A DNA stretch of 64,000 nt from Microgenomates group bacterium (GTDB lineage: Bacteria > Patescibacteriota > Microgenomatia > Daviesbacterales > UBA10151), in contig JBAZXP010000001.1 in assembly GCA_041659805.1 (NCBI GenBank), forward strand, positions 512,589-576,588, given 5' to 3'. Positions within the stretch are counted from its first letter, which is position 1; each line of letters starts with the position of its first letter. This document shows positions 37,420 to 46,124 of the stretch, piece by piece. The translations under genes were made by a program, and so were the position numbers. A model generated the notes under the pieces. The model made no database searches and had not been told where the DNA came from. It saw only the letters and a program-made list of their open reading frames with translations.

Positions 37420-39216
37420 TTATTTTTGGGTGATAGACGAGGTTGATAGTTTTATAATATTGTTTACAGCTTTGGTAAAGGATTCTTTATCAAAATGCTT
37501 AAAATAGATAAGATAAAATAAATTTAAATCAGATAATTCATAGGATCCAACATTAATTTCAATAATAAATTCCGGATTTTTTACAATATATTCCTGCATG
37601 TTGTTAAGTTTATTGAATGTATTTAGGAATCCATTATTTTTAGGAAAAGAAAGTTGTTTTTCTCGAGATTCATTAATTGTTTGGTTATATGTTTTAAATT
37701 CATCAATGCTCGACCCAAATCTTTTTTCATCACCGAATGCTTTCTTCATAAAACCTGTGTATTCATAGAAAGCATAAGGCTTATGTTTTGCATTTAGATG
37801 TATGGTGTTATCAATAAAAAGAAAAGTAGTATTATTTTTTAGTTCCTGATTTCTTTTCATTTGTTCGATAACTGACATTTGTTTATATTGATCTTTGAGG
37901 AATTCTACATTTATTTTAAGATGGTAGCTTACAAACATGGCAATCAATATTGAGTAGATAGCGATTATTATATTTATTCTCACGCGTAAAAAATTACCAA
38001 TGATTTGAATTCCGTAAACGATCATGAAACTGGCCCCCAAAGGGGTCAGCAATAGGTGCCGGTCTGAGAATCCTTCAAGTATTGTGGGGATCTTATTTAC
38101 TACATAATAAGGAAAAACAGCTACATAAAAGGATATACATCCGAGAATAAATAAGATTGTATCTTTTGAATAATGTTTTTTCTTTATATCTTTAGTTTGA
38201 AGGGTGTGTCGCAAGGAAATAAAGATCGCTGTAATTCCTGAAGCAATAATTAATAGATTAGAAATAAGATTTTTTTGAAATAATGTTGCTGAAGTAATGA
38301 AAATAGTTTCTTTGAGAAGATCAAAAATATTTTTAAAGGTTAGAGGTGAGACATAAGGATGGAGCTCTAATTTTATTCCTGCTTGCCAGACTGTTGTAAT
38401 CAATGACATATTAAATAAAGAATAAAAGGAAGAGAGTAAAACAATTAGAAAAGAAAATCCATAGCCCTCAACGCTTCTATAAAAAGCAGTCAGTAGATTA
38501 AACGCAGTTATTTCATTATAGCCCTTGTTGATCTCTGGCAACGGGAAAAAATATTGCTTGTATAGAAAGAAAAATACTGGCAACAGAATAAAGTCAATAT
38601 GGTTAATGATTAAACGGCACACATCTTTTCGGGACTTTAACTGATTTTTTTGCTTGAAGGCTATATATGCAAGAATAAGGATATAAAAGAAAAGCATTGA
38701 ATTGATAGAAAATGAAAGTATTAGGGTAACCAGCGCAAGTAACCGGAAAATAACCTTTTTGTTAATTAAATAAAGAGTTGTTAACCACCAACCAAAATAG
38801 AAGAAAAAATAGCATACGCTATACCAAAGAATTACTAATACTACTCTGGCATCATTCGCCGGAAATAGCAAAAAAAAGATAGTTAATAGTAACCTTTTCT
38901 TAGAATCAATTTCTTTAATTGTGCTCAAAATTGAGTAGAAAAAATATCCAGAAAAGAGATACACGAGAAATGTCACAATGCGGTATGCAGTGAATGAATG
39001 AAAAATATTTATTGAATTAAATATATATGGAGCCAGAATCTGCCCAAATGAGTCGCATGTTGATTTTATTAGTTCCGGATCTTTGTTCACAATCACAGCC
39101 CAATCGTCCCAATAAGCACCTGAATTTAACAAAGATAGGCCGAAAGAAACAATATAAAGAATAACTATTAATATCACGTAAGATAGATGGTAATTTTTAT
39201 TGCTCTCTTTTGTCAA
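37420..39216 (-). CDS. Polytopic membrane protein (about 11 TM) with ~170 aa C-terminal soluble domain; GT-C-like, unassigned
   Basis: N-terminal 'LLNSGAYWDDWAVIVNKDPE' acidic loop after TM1, then a long hydrophobic core. No family motif recognised. Confidence 0.4.
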   Translation of the reverse strand: MTKESNKNYHLSYVILIVILYIVSFGLSLLNSGAYWDDWAVIVNKDPELIKSTCDSFGQILAPYIFNSINIFHSFTAYRIVTFLVYLFSGYFFYSILSTIKEIDSKKRLLLTIFFLLFPANDARVVLVILWYSVCYFFFYFGWWLTTLYLINKKVIFRLLALVTLILSFSINSMLFFYILILAYIAFKQKNQLKSRKDVCRLIINHIDFILLPVFFFLYKQYFFPLPEINKGYNEITAFNLLTAFYRSVEGYGFSFLIVLLSSFYSLFNMSLITTVWQAGIKLELHPYVSPLTFKNIFDLLKETIFITSATLFQKNLISNLLIIASGITAIFISLRHTLQTKDIKKKHYSKDTILFILGCISFYVAVFPYYVVNKIPTILEGFSDRHLLLTPLGASFMIVYGIQIIGNFLRVRINIIIAIYSILIAMFVSYHLKINVEFLKDQYKQMSVIEQMKRNQELKNNTTFLFIDNTIHLNAKHKPYAFYEYTGFMKKAFGDEKRFGSSIDEFKTYNQTINESREKQLSFPKNNGFLNTFNKLNNMQEYIVKNPEFIIEINVGSYELSDLNLFYLIYFKHFDKESFTKAVNNIIKLSTSSITQK

Positions 39217-39261
39217 TGTTAACGTATTCTGAAGGCACAGGATGTACTTTAAATATGGAAT

Positions 39262-40587
39262 ATGTTAAAAGAAATGATGGATAAATGTGACATACTGATC
39301 GTTATGTTCTTTTTTAAAGGAAGAGATGCCGAAATTATTATTCCACTTAAATATTATTTAGAAAATATATTCCATCTTAATGTAAAAGTTTGTTCAGTTT
39401 TTGATCCGTATATGATTGATATATATAATCCAGGAATTGTATTAATGGAAAATACTATTGGGTCTGAATTTCATGTCGCTTTCGGAAAATATGCTTTTAA
39501 AAAAGGATATCCTATAGTGAGTCTGGTTTCAGAAGGATATTTAACCGAACAAAATGTACAGACTGATTTATGGGGGTGTAACCTAAAGCATGAGATATAT
39601 TTCAATAAATGGTTTCTTTGGACGCCGGGTTTAAAAAGAATGGCATTAAAATATTTTCCTGACCTAAAGAAAAAAGTTGATCTTGATATCTCAGGAGCAA
39701 TTGGGTTTGATAGATATCAGATATATGATTTCGCTGATCAAAGAAAATTTTTAAAAAAATACCATAAAGAAAAATATAAAAAAGTTATCGGTTACGCAGG
39801 ATGGGTATTTTGTTCGTATTTTAATCCTAAAGAATACGAAAAACTTATTAGTGAATTCGGGCAAAAATACTTTTCCTATTTTAAAAATGATAAAGAGACA
39901 GTTAGTAATATTTTGCGTCAAATCATTAAATCAAATAAAGACACACTTTTTATTTTCAAATTGCATCCAAGCGAGATGGAAGATAATATGGATATTTCAA
40001 GAAGTTGGGCGCAAGAATTTGATAATGTTTTAGTTTTTCAAGCAGAGGAGCCTGTAGCAGATATTATCAACGTCTGTGATATTTGGATGGTTTATGATTC
40101 CACAACATGCACGGAAGCTTGGTTGTTGGGTAAGCCAACAATAGTGATTATGCCTTCACCTAACATAAAATTTCGCAGTGACTGTTATAAAGGTAGTGCG
40201 ATTGCTCGTAATTTACACCAACTTTCAGATCTTATTGATAATTATAAAGAAAAAGAGAGGGTGGAAGGTTTTTATGAGAAGAAAAAATATAGAAAAAAGA
40301 TTATAAGAGCGCTTGTTTACAGAGAAGATGGCCTTAATTTTAAAAGAACTGCAGAGAAGATTCATCAATTTCTTATGATATCTTCAAAACGCCGTGATAC
40401 TTCCCTTTTGTCTTTTAAAATTTGTTATTTAATACAACATTTATCATTGGTTTTGCTTTCTAGACTTATTTGGTTACCTTTTTTGAATAAGTCAACAATT
40501 TTAAAATGGTATAACGAACAACCAGATTTTATTAATTTAGAAAAAAAGTATACTCCTTATATTAGGAAATTCTTAAAAACATCTTAA
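39262..40587 (+). CDS. GT-B-fold transferase resembling TagB/TagF (CDP-glycerol glycerophosphotransferase) or KpsC/KpsS capsule families
   Basis: 'TLFIFKLHPSEMEDN', 'IINVCDIWMVYDSTTCTEAWLLGKPTIVI' resemble the HP catalytic motif and C-terminal Rossmann region of Glyphos_transf / Capsule_synth proteins. Assignment between the two is not possible by eye. Confidence 0.35.
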   Translation: MLKEMMDKCDILIVMFFFKGRDAEIIIPLKYYLENIFHLNVKVCSVFDPYMIDIYNPGIVLMENTIGSEFHVAFGKYAFKKGYPIVSLVSEGYLTEQNVQTDLWGCNLKHEIYFNKWFLWTPGLKRMALKYFPDLKKKVDLDISGAIGFDRYQIYDFADQRKFLKKYHKEKYKKVIGYAGWVFCSYFNPKEYEKLISEFGQKYFSYFKNDKETVSNILRQIIKSNKDTLFIFKLHPSEMEDNMDISRSWAQEFDNVLVFQAEEPVADIINVCDIWMVYDSTTCTEAWLLGKPTIVIMPSPNIKFRSDCYKGSAIARNLHQLSDLIDNYKEKERVEGFYEKKKYRKKIIRALVYREDGLNFKRTAEKIHQFLMISSKRRDTSLLSFKICYLIQHLSLVLLSRLIWLPFLNKSTILKWYNEQPDFINLEKKYTPYIRKFLKTS

Positions 40588-40591
40588 AGTT

Positions 40592-42001
40592 TTAGACAGC
40601 TCTGAAGCCGCGAAAACTAGAATCTTTATCAATGTAGAGTTTTCGTGCAGTTTTTATAGCATTTTTGCATGACTGTTTATAATATGCTTCTAGAAGGGTT
40701 TTATTTGCTTTAAATAATGCTTCATGGAATTTGTCGTCTGTCATATTTGTGAAATTAACCGCTAATAGGTCCGAATTGATGTGTTTATTTTCATAAAAAT
40801 CCTTCGGACCTTTTAATAAGCCTTTTTCTATCGCATAATAGTATAGAGGGGAACCTGGGTATGGAGTTACTGGCCGTATGGTACGGAGTTGAGCATGATC
40901 GTCGTATTTTAAAAGAAAATCGACACCTTTTTGCAACGAGGTTCTTGTTTCTCCTATGTTTCCGAAAATAATATTTAATCCGGGGCTAATTCCTACATCC
41001 AAAGTATTTTTTATTCCTTCATGGATCATTTTAATAGTTAAGCCTTTTTTCATAGTAATTAAGGCTTTTTGGTCTAAGGATTCAATGCCATAGTTTATAA
41101 AGATGCAGCCGGCTTTTTTCATGAGTTGTAAAACTTCTTTATTTGCGAAATTTAATCTGCCGTTACAATCCCATTTAAACTTCATTCCCGATTTTAATAT
41201 TCCTTCGCATAGCTCAACAGTTCTTTGTTGAGAAGACATTAACAAATCATCAGAAAAGGTAATTGCTGTAATATTGTAATCAGTTTGAAGTTTTTTAACT
41301 TCTTCTAAAATATTTCCTATTGATCTTGGTCTGAACCCTTTATCCATTCTGTAGCAGAAATTACACTGAAAAATACATCCTCTCCCTGAAAGAACGGGCA
41401 TTAGACGATCGCTTCTTAGTATATTGGGGGTTCGGTATAAAGAATAATGATTTATCGGAAATAATTCCCAAGAGGGAAAATCGATTTTATCTATATCTGT
41501 AATTAACGGTCTGGGCGGATTTATTACATATTTCTTGCCGTCTCTGTAGGCAATTCCATTAATGGGAGAAAGCGAGTGTTTCCCTGCAAGCGCCTTCATT
41601 ACTTCGAGAATAGTAATCTCTCCTTCTCCTCTGACGATAATGTCAGCACCGGTCTTTTTCAGAAAATATTCCGGTTCAGGTGCAGGCCCATGGCCACCTA
41701 ATATATAAATAGGACGTCTTTTTGATTTATTGATAGCATCAGAAAGTTTAAGAAGCTTTTGGTATTGATAATAACCTGCAATTACACTAACTCCGATTAC
41801 ATCAAAATGTTCTCTATCTAATAGGTCTGTGAGATGTTGTTCAGGCCAATGATAAATATCTTGATTATATACAGTAACATCGTAGCCAGCCTTTATTAGC
41901 GGTGTTGCAATGTATGCGAGTCCCTGAGGGAACCAGGAGACTAAAGAATCATTATCATAAACGACAAGAAGAACGCGACCTATATTTTTTTTGGCTTTCA
42001 T
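40592..42001 (-). CDS. B12-binding-domain radical SAM enzyme (class B)
   Basis: N-terminal 'RVLLVVYDNDS ... DVIGVSVIAGY' B12-binding-like domain, 'LSGRGCIFQCNFCY' (CxxxCxxC). Confidence 0.8.
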   Translation of the reverse strand: MKAKKNIGRVLLVVYDNDSLVSWFPQGLAYIATPLIKAGYDVTVYNQDIYHWPEQHLTDLLDREHFDVIGVSVIAGYYQYQKLLKLSDAINKSKRRPIYILGGHGPAPEPEYFLKKTGADIIVRGEGEITILEVMKALAGKHSLSPINGIAYRDGKKYVINPPRPLITDIDKIDFPSWELFPINHYSLYRTPNILRSDRLMPVLSGRGCIFQCNFCYRMDKGFRPRSIGNILEEVKKLQTDYNITAITFSDDLLMSSQQRTVELCEGILKSGMKFKWDCNGRLNFANKEVLQLMKKAGCIFINYGIESLDQKALITMKKGLTIKMIHEGIKNTLDVGISPGLNIIFGNIGETRTSLQKGVDFLLKYDDHAQLRTIRPVTPYPGSPLYYYAIEKGLLKGPKDFYENKHINSDLLAVNFTNMTDDKFHEALFKANKTLLEAYYKQSCKNAIKTARKLYIDKDSSFRGFRAV

Positions 42002-42088
42002 ATTTATAAGGATAAGAGGTGATAAGGTTATATATTAATAAGAATTTTTTGTCAAGTTAACTTTTCTTGCGTTTTATGATAAAAAGAT

Positions 42089-42883
42089 ATGAATAATATG
42101 GATAAAAGAATTAAATATTGGGAAAAAAACTATGTTGAATATTGGAAAGATAGGGTTAGCGATAATTCTAAAAACAATTTAGCTAAAAAAGATGTTTTAC
42201 CGCCTGATTTAAAAATATTTAAAAAATATTATAAAAAAGCTCTTAGCTATATAAATAAAAATTCTCCCACAATTCTTGATATAGGAATTGGCTTCGGAAG
42301 GTTTGCTCCTCTTTATAAAGAAAATTTTGAATCTAATATATGGGGTAGTGATATTTCCCAAGGAATGGTGGATGAATGTAAAAAGAATTATCCTGAAATA
42401 TCCAAACAGATTAAAACAGCACCTGCTGAAACTCAGCCATTTAAAGACGCAAGCATGGATTTAATTATTTGTTGGGCAACTTTTGATGCTACCTTTCAGG
42501 ACAAAACATTATGGGAATTTCAAAGACTTTTAAAAATAGGAGGTTTGGCTTTAATTACAGGAAAAAATGACAAGTATCTTGCAACTGATAAGAAAGCACT
42601 AACAGCTGAAATTAATGCACGTAAAAAGGGTCATCCGAATTATTTTACTGACATTAATTTTCTCGAACAACACATTAAAGATTTCGGTTTTGAGATTGTA
42701 AAACTATTTAAATTTAAAAGAAGAGGGGATTTTGCAAACGATTTAAGTACGAATGAATCCTCTCGAAAATTTTATGAATATATTTTGATTTTGAGAAAAA
42801 CTGCACAGGGTAAAAATAAGCACAAGATTGCCTCAAAATTTAGTAAAGTCTATAAACAAATAGATAAAACAATAGGTGAATAG
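42089..42883 (+). CDS. Class I SAM-dependent methyltransferase
   Basis: 'ILDIGIGFGRFAPLY', 'IWGSDIS', 'MDLIICWATFD'. Confidence 0.65.
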   Translation: MNNMDKRIKYWEKNYVEYWKDRVSDNSKNNLAKKDVLPPDLKIFKKYYKKALSYINKNSPTILDIGIGFGRFAPLYKENFESNIWGSDISQGMVDECKKNYPEISKQIKTAPAETQPFKDASMDLIICWATFDATFQDKTLWEFQRLLKIGGLALITGKNDKYLATDKKALTAEINARKKGHPNYFTDINFLEQHIKDFGFEIVKLFKFKRRGDFANDLSTNESSRKFYEYILILRKTAQGKNKHKIASKFSKVYKQIDKTIGE

Positions 42884-42885
42884 AT

Positions 42886-43749
42886 ATGGCATATTTTGCA
42901 ATAATTTTGAGTTTAACCTTTTGGTCTATTACTCAAATTATTCTCAAATCCATTGTTGATAAATTACCCAAGTCGAAGGCTCTCATCGCTCAATATATAA
43001 TTTCATTTTTATTCATCGTATTTTATGCGATCTTCACAGAACAAATCCAAATGGAAATAGGATTTTTTTTAATCACATTCGCAGGTTTTCTGAGCTCTAT
43101 CGGAGCTTATTTTCAATGGAGAGCATATAAAATTAGTCTAAGCAAGACAGGGTTATTTATGCCATTTATGAATATTATTGCTGCAATATTAACAGCAATA
43201 TTTTTGAAAGAAAAATTCCTTTATTCGAATATCGAATTTGTTTTAGGAGTTATTTTTTCTTTTATTGCTTCTTTTTTACTCGTTAGAAAGAAATCAAATG
43301 ATAAAAGTAAACTTGATTTGGAATGGTTATTTTCAGTTTTTGGGATGATAATTTTTACAGGAATCACATTATTTCTAATGAAAGTTTTTTCTTTTTCTAT
43401 ATCCAGGACTCAATTTTTAATTTACTGGTATTTGGGAGCAATTTTAGGTTCTGCAATATTTTTATGGGCAGGAAGGCACGATCAAAATAAATTATTTCAA
43501 AAAGGTTTTTGGAAAATTCCGTTAGCCAGCATAGGAACCTTAGGAACTTTGGCGGCTTTATATTGGGCTTTCCAAATTGCTCCTGCAGCTATAGTATTGC
43601 CTATACAGGCATTCGGGACTGCTTTTATTCCATTAATTTTAGGATTAGCAATTTTTAAAGAAAGAAAAATTTTGACAAAATATGAGATAATCGGTTTCTT
43701 ATTTGGAGCAATTGGAGTTGCACTAATTATAGTAAGCGGAAGAACATAA
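42886..43749 (+). CDS. 10-TM EamA/DMT-superfamily-like transporter
   Basis: Two internally repeated 5-TM halves, each ending with short charged loops. No ATP-binding motif. Confidence 0.45.
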   Translation: MAYFAIILSLTFWSITQIILKSIVDKLPKSKALIAQYIISFLFIVFYAIFTEQIQMEIGFFLITFAGFLSSIGAYFQWRAYKISLSKTGLFMPFMNIIAAILTAIFLKEKFLYSNIEFVLGVIFSFIASFLLVRKKSNDKSKLDLEWLFSVFGMIIFTGITLFLMKVFSFSISRTQFLIYWYLGAILGSAIFLWAGRHDQNKLFQKGFWKIPLASIGTLGTLAALYWAFQIAPAAIVLPIQAFGTAFIPLILGLAIFKERKILTKYEIIGFLFGAIGVALIIVSGRT

Positions 43750-43751
43750 AT

Positions 43752-44477
43752 ATGTATAAAAAGAAGAAAATAATTTTGACAATTTGTGCTAGAGGTGGCT
43801 CTAAAGGTTTACCTGGGAAAAATACGAAAAATCTTTTAGGAAAACCGCTAATAGCTTATTCTATAGAACAAGCTAAGACTCTTAGTTGGATAGACCGGAT
43901 AGTAATTTCAACTGATGATAAAGAAATAAAAAAGGTAGCAGAAAAAATGGGAGTAGAGGTACCATTTATGAGACCTGCAGCATTAGCTACAGATGTAGCT
44001 CCTAAAATCCCCGTATTTTTGCACGCTATTCAAGAAGCCGAAAAATATTGGAATGAGAAATATGATATTTGGGTGGATTTAGATGCTACCAGTCCTTTAC
44101 GCTTTACAGACGATATTAAAAAAACCATTGATCTTTTGTTTGCTCGTGATACATTGTCAGTCATCACAGCAATGGAGTCTCATCATAATCCTTATTATAA
44201 TATGGTAGAAATGGATGACCAAAAATATGTTTCTGTATCAAAGAAGCTTTCACAATCTGTTACAAGGAGACAGGATGCTCCGAAGGTATATGCCATGAAC
44301 GGGAGCATTTATGTTATGTGGAGGGACGAACTTCTTAAACGAGGAACCTTTTTTACCAATAAGACAAAATTGTATATTATGCCTCCTGAAAGATCTTTTG
44401 ATATAGATAATTTGGTAGATTTTGAAATAGTTAAGCTTTATTTAAAGCAGCGGGTAAAAAAGGAAAAAACTAATTAA
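43752..44477 (+). CDS. CMP-nonulosonic acid synthetase (acylneuraminate cytidylyltransferase family, NeuA/LegF-like)
   Basis: 'IILTICARGGSKGLPGKNTKNLLGKPLIAYSIEQA', 'IVISTDDKEIKKVAEKMG' are classic CTP_transf_3 signatures. 241 aa with no C-terminal esterase domain. Confidence 0.85.
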   Translation: MYKKKKIILTICARGGSKGLPGKNTKNLLGKPLIAYSIEQAKTLSWIDRIVISTDDKEIKKVAEKMGVEVPFMRPAALATDVAPKIPVFLHAIQEAEKYWNEKYDIWVDLDATSPLRFTDDIKKTIDLLFARDTLSVITAMESHHNPYYNMVEMDDQKYVSVSKKLSQSVTRRQDAPKVYAMNGSIYVMWRDELLKRGTFFTNKTKLYIMPPERSFDIDNLVDFEIVKLYLKQRVKKEKTN

Positions 44478-46086
44478 TTGTTTTCCTGGAATGTTTGGCA
44501 TAATAATCATTTACCATTTTTTCAACTATTTTAATTTTTTGTCCTAAAGTTTCTCCCCGTTCGCGATCCTTTTTTGTAACCAGTTTTCCCAGTCTATGCT
44601 TACCACGACAGGCATAAAGAATTTCTTTAGGTGTGTAATCGGCTTTTTTGCCATTAATATCGCTGGCAAATAACCCTGCGGCGTCCCATAAGGTCATGGT
44701 TGTCCAGGCATCCAGATCTCCTGTCCATTTCAACTTTCCTTCTTCTATCATCACTGCAAGTTGTGTACTTGGCAGAGGGGTACAGATTGAAATCATGGCA
44801 TATACAGCGCCTTTCTTTTCCAATTTCTGGATATATTTTAATGTTTCAAGAGTTTGTTGGGGGGTTTCTCCGGGGAGACCAACCATGTTTAATAATTTCA
44901 CTTCGATGCCCGCTTTAGCCATCGCCTCAGTCGCATCCTCTATAGTTTTATTAGAAATCATTTTTCCTATTGCTTGATACCTTAATATTTCGCTGCCTGT
45001 TTCAGGTGCGATGTGTAATTGACGACAGCCTGCTTTATATATTAGTTGCAAAAGATTCATTTTACGTCCTTTGTAAGTAACTTTATACTCAGCGGCTCTT
45101 GTAACTAAATTTGCTCTGGTAATAGCTGTCCAAATACAGCCTTTAAGTTTAGGATTTTCTAAAATCATTCGTGCGGTTTTTTCTACTACATCCAGTTGCA
45201 CTAAATAAAGATCATCAGTAAGATAAAAATCCACGACACCTAATTTTTTTAAATATTCCATATGTTTAATAATATTTTTAGGTGTTAGCCCTCTCCATTT
45301 ATGACCCGATACTTCCTGGTCACAAAAAAAGCATGCGTTAGGGCATCCCCGGGAAGTAAGCATGGCAAGTTGAAATTCTCCTTTTTGAGGAGTGAATTCA
45401 GAGAGATGATATTTGGTTAAATCACCCAGCAGCTCATATTCAGGAATCGGAATTTTATTAATATCTTCTATCCTTTCAGCATGTTTAGGCCAGTCAATTT
45501 TTTTACCCAAATCTTTAATGTTTTGGGTTAATCTGGTATACCCACGAACCTTATCCTTTACATAATGCAGTTTACCTTTTTTATCTTTGAATACAATTCC
45601 CGGCACTTTTTTCAATAATTTTTGATTACCCCAATTTTTAATTAAAATAGGAGTAACTAATTCGCCTTCACCGACAACCTCATAGGAAAAGATGTCACCA
45701 TATTTTTCCATTGTTCTTACCGGAACTGCACTTGGGTGAGGGCCTCCCAAAAACTGCCGGTATTTTGATGATTTTTCTTTAAGTTTTTTGGCAATCCGCG
45801 CAGTTTTATCAATTGTAGTTATCCATCCAGCCCATCCCACATACCCTCCATCCGGCATTATTTCCAGTATTCTATCTACTGTTTCATCTTCAGTTAACAA
45901 TTCCTTATCTGCATCAAGAACAGCAACTTTGAACCCCTGTTTTTTTAAGCATGTCGCTACGCATAAGATTCCGACAGAAGGTATACTGTGTGCACCACCC
46001 CTTGCTTTAAGTTCGGGAATATCTCTTTCGGCAAATGAATTAGGAGCCACAAGTACGATATCAGGAGTAATAATTTTTTTAGCCAT
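44470..46086 (-). CDS. B12-binding-domain radical SAM enzyme (class B)
   Basis: 'SRGCPNACFFCDQ' (CxxxCxxC) preceded by a ~240 aa B12-binding-type domain. 3' end overlaps the NeuA-like gene by 8 bp, convergently. Confidence 0.8.
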   Translation of the reverse strand: MAKKIITPDIVLVAPNSFAERDIPELKARGGAHSIPSVGILCVATCLKKQGFKVAVLDADKELLTEDETVDRILEIMPDGGYVGWAGWITTIDKTARIAKKLKEKSSKYRQFLGGPHPSAVPVRTMEKYGDIFSYEVVGEGELVTPILIKNWGNQKLLKKVPGIVFKDKKGKLHYVKDKVRGYTRLTQNIKDLGKKIDWPKHAERIEDINKIPIPEYELLGDLTKYHLSEFTPQKGEFQLAMLTSRGCPNACFFCDQEVSGHKWRGLTPKNIIKHMEYLKKLGVVDFYLTDDLYLVQLDVVEKTARMILENPKLKGCIWTAITRANLVTRAAEYKVTYKGRKMNLLQLIYKAGCRQLHIAPETGSEILRYQAIGKMISNKTIEDATEAMAKAGIEVKLLNMVGLPGETPQQTLETLKYIQKLEKKGAVYAMISICTPLPSTQLAVMIEEGKLKWTGDLDAWTTMTLWDAAGLFASDINGKKADYTPKEILYACRGKHRLGKLVTKKDRERGETLGQKIKIVEKMVNDYYAKHSRKTIN

Positions 46087-46124
46087 GATTGCGAAATTAT
46101 AGCATAAGGAAAGTCATCATAAAA

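Noticed and set aside
44648-46102. Three plus-strand ORFs (109, 72, 104 aa) antisense to radical SAM gene 44470-46086
   Set aside because: All lie within a gene carrying the CxxxCxxC motif on the other strand. Translations are low-complexity (Ser/Ala/Ile-rich).
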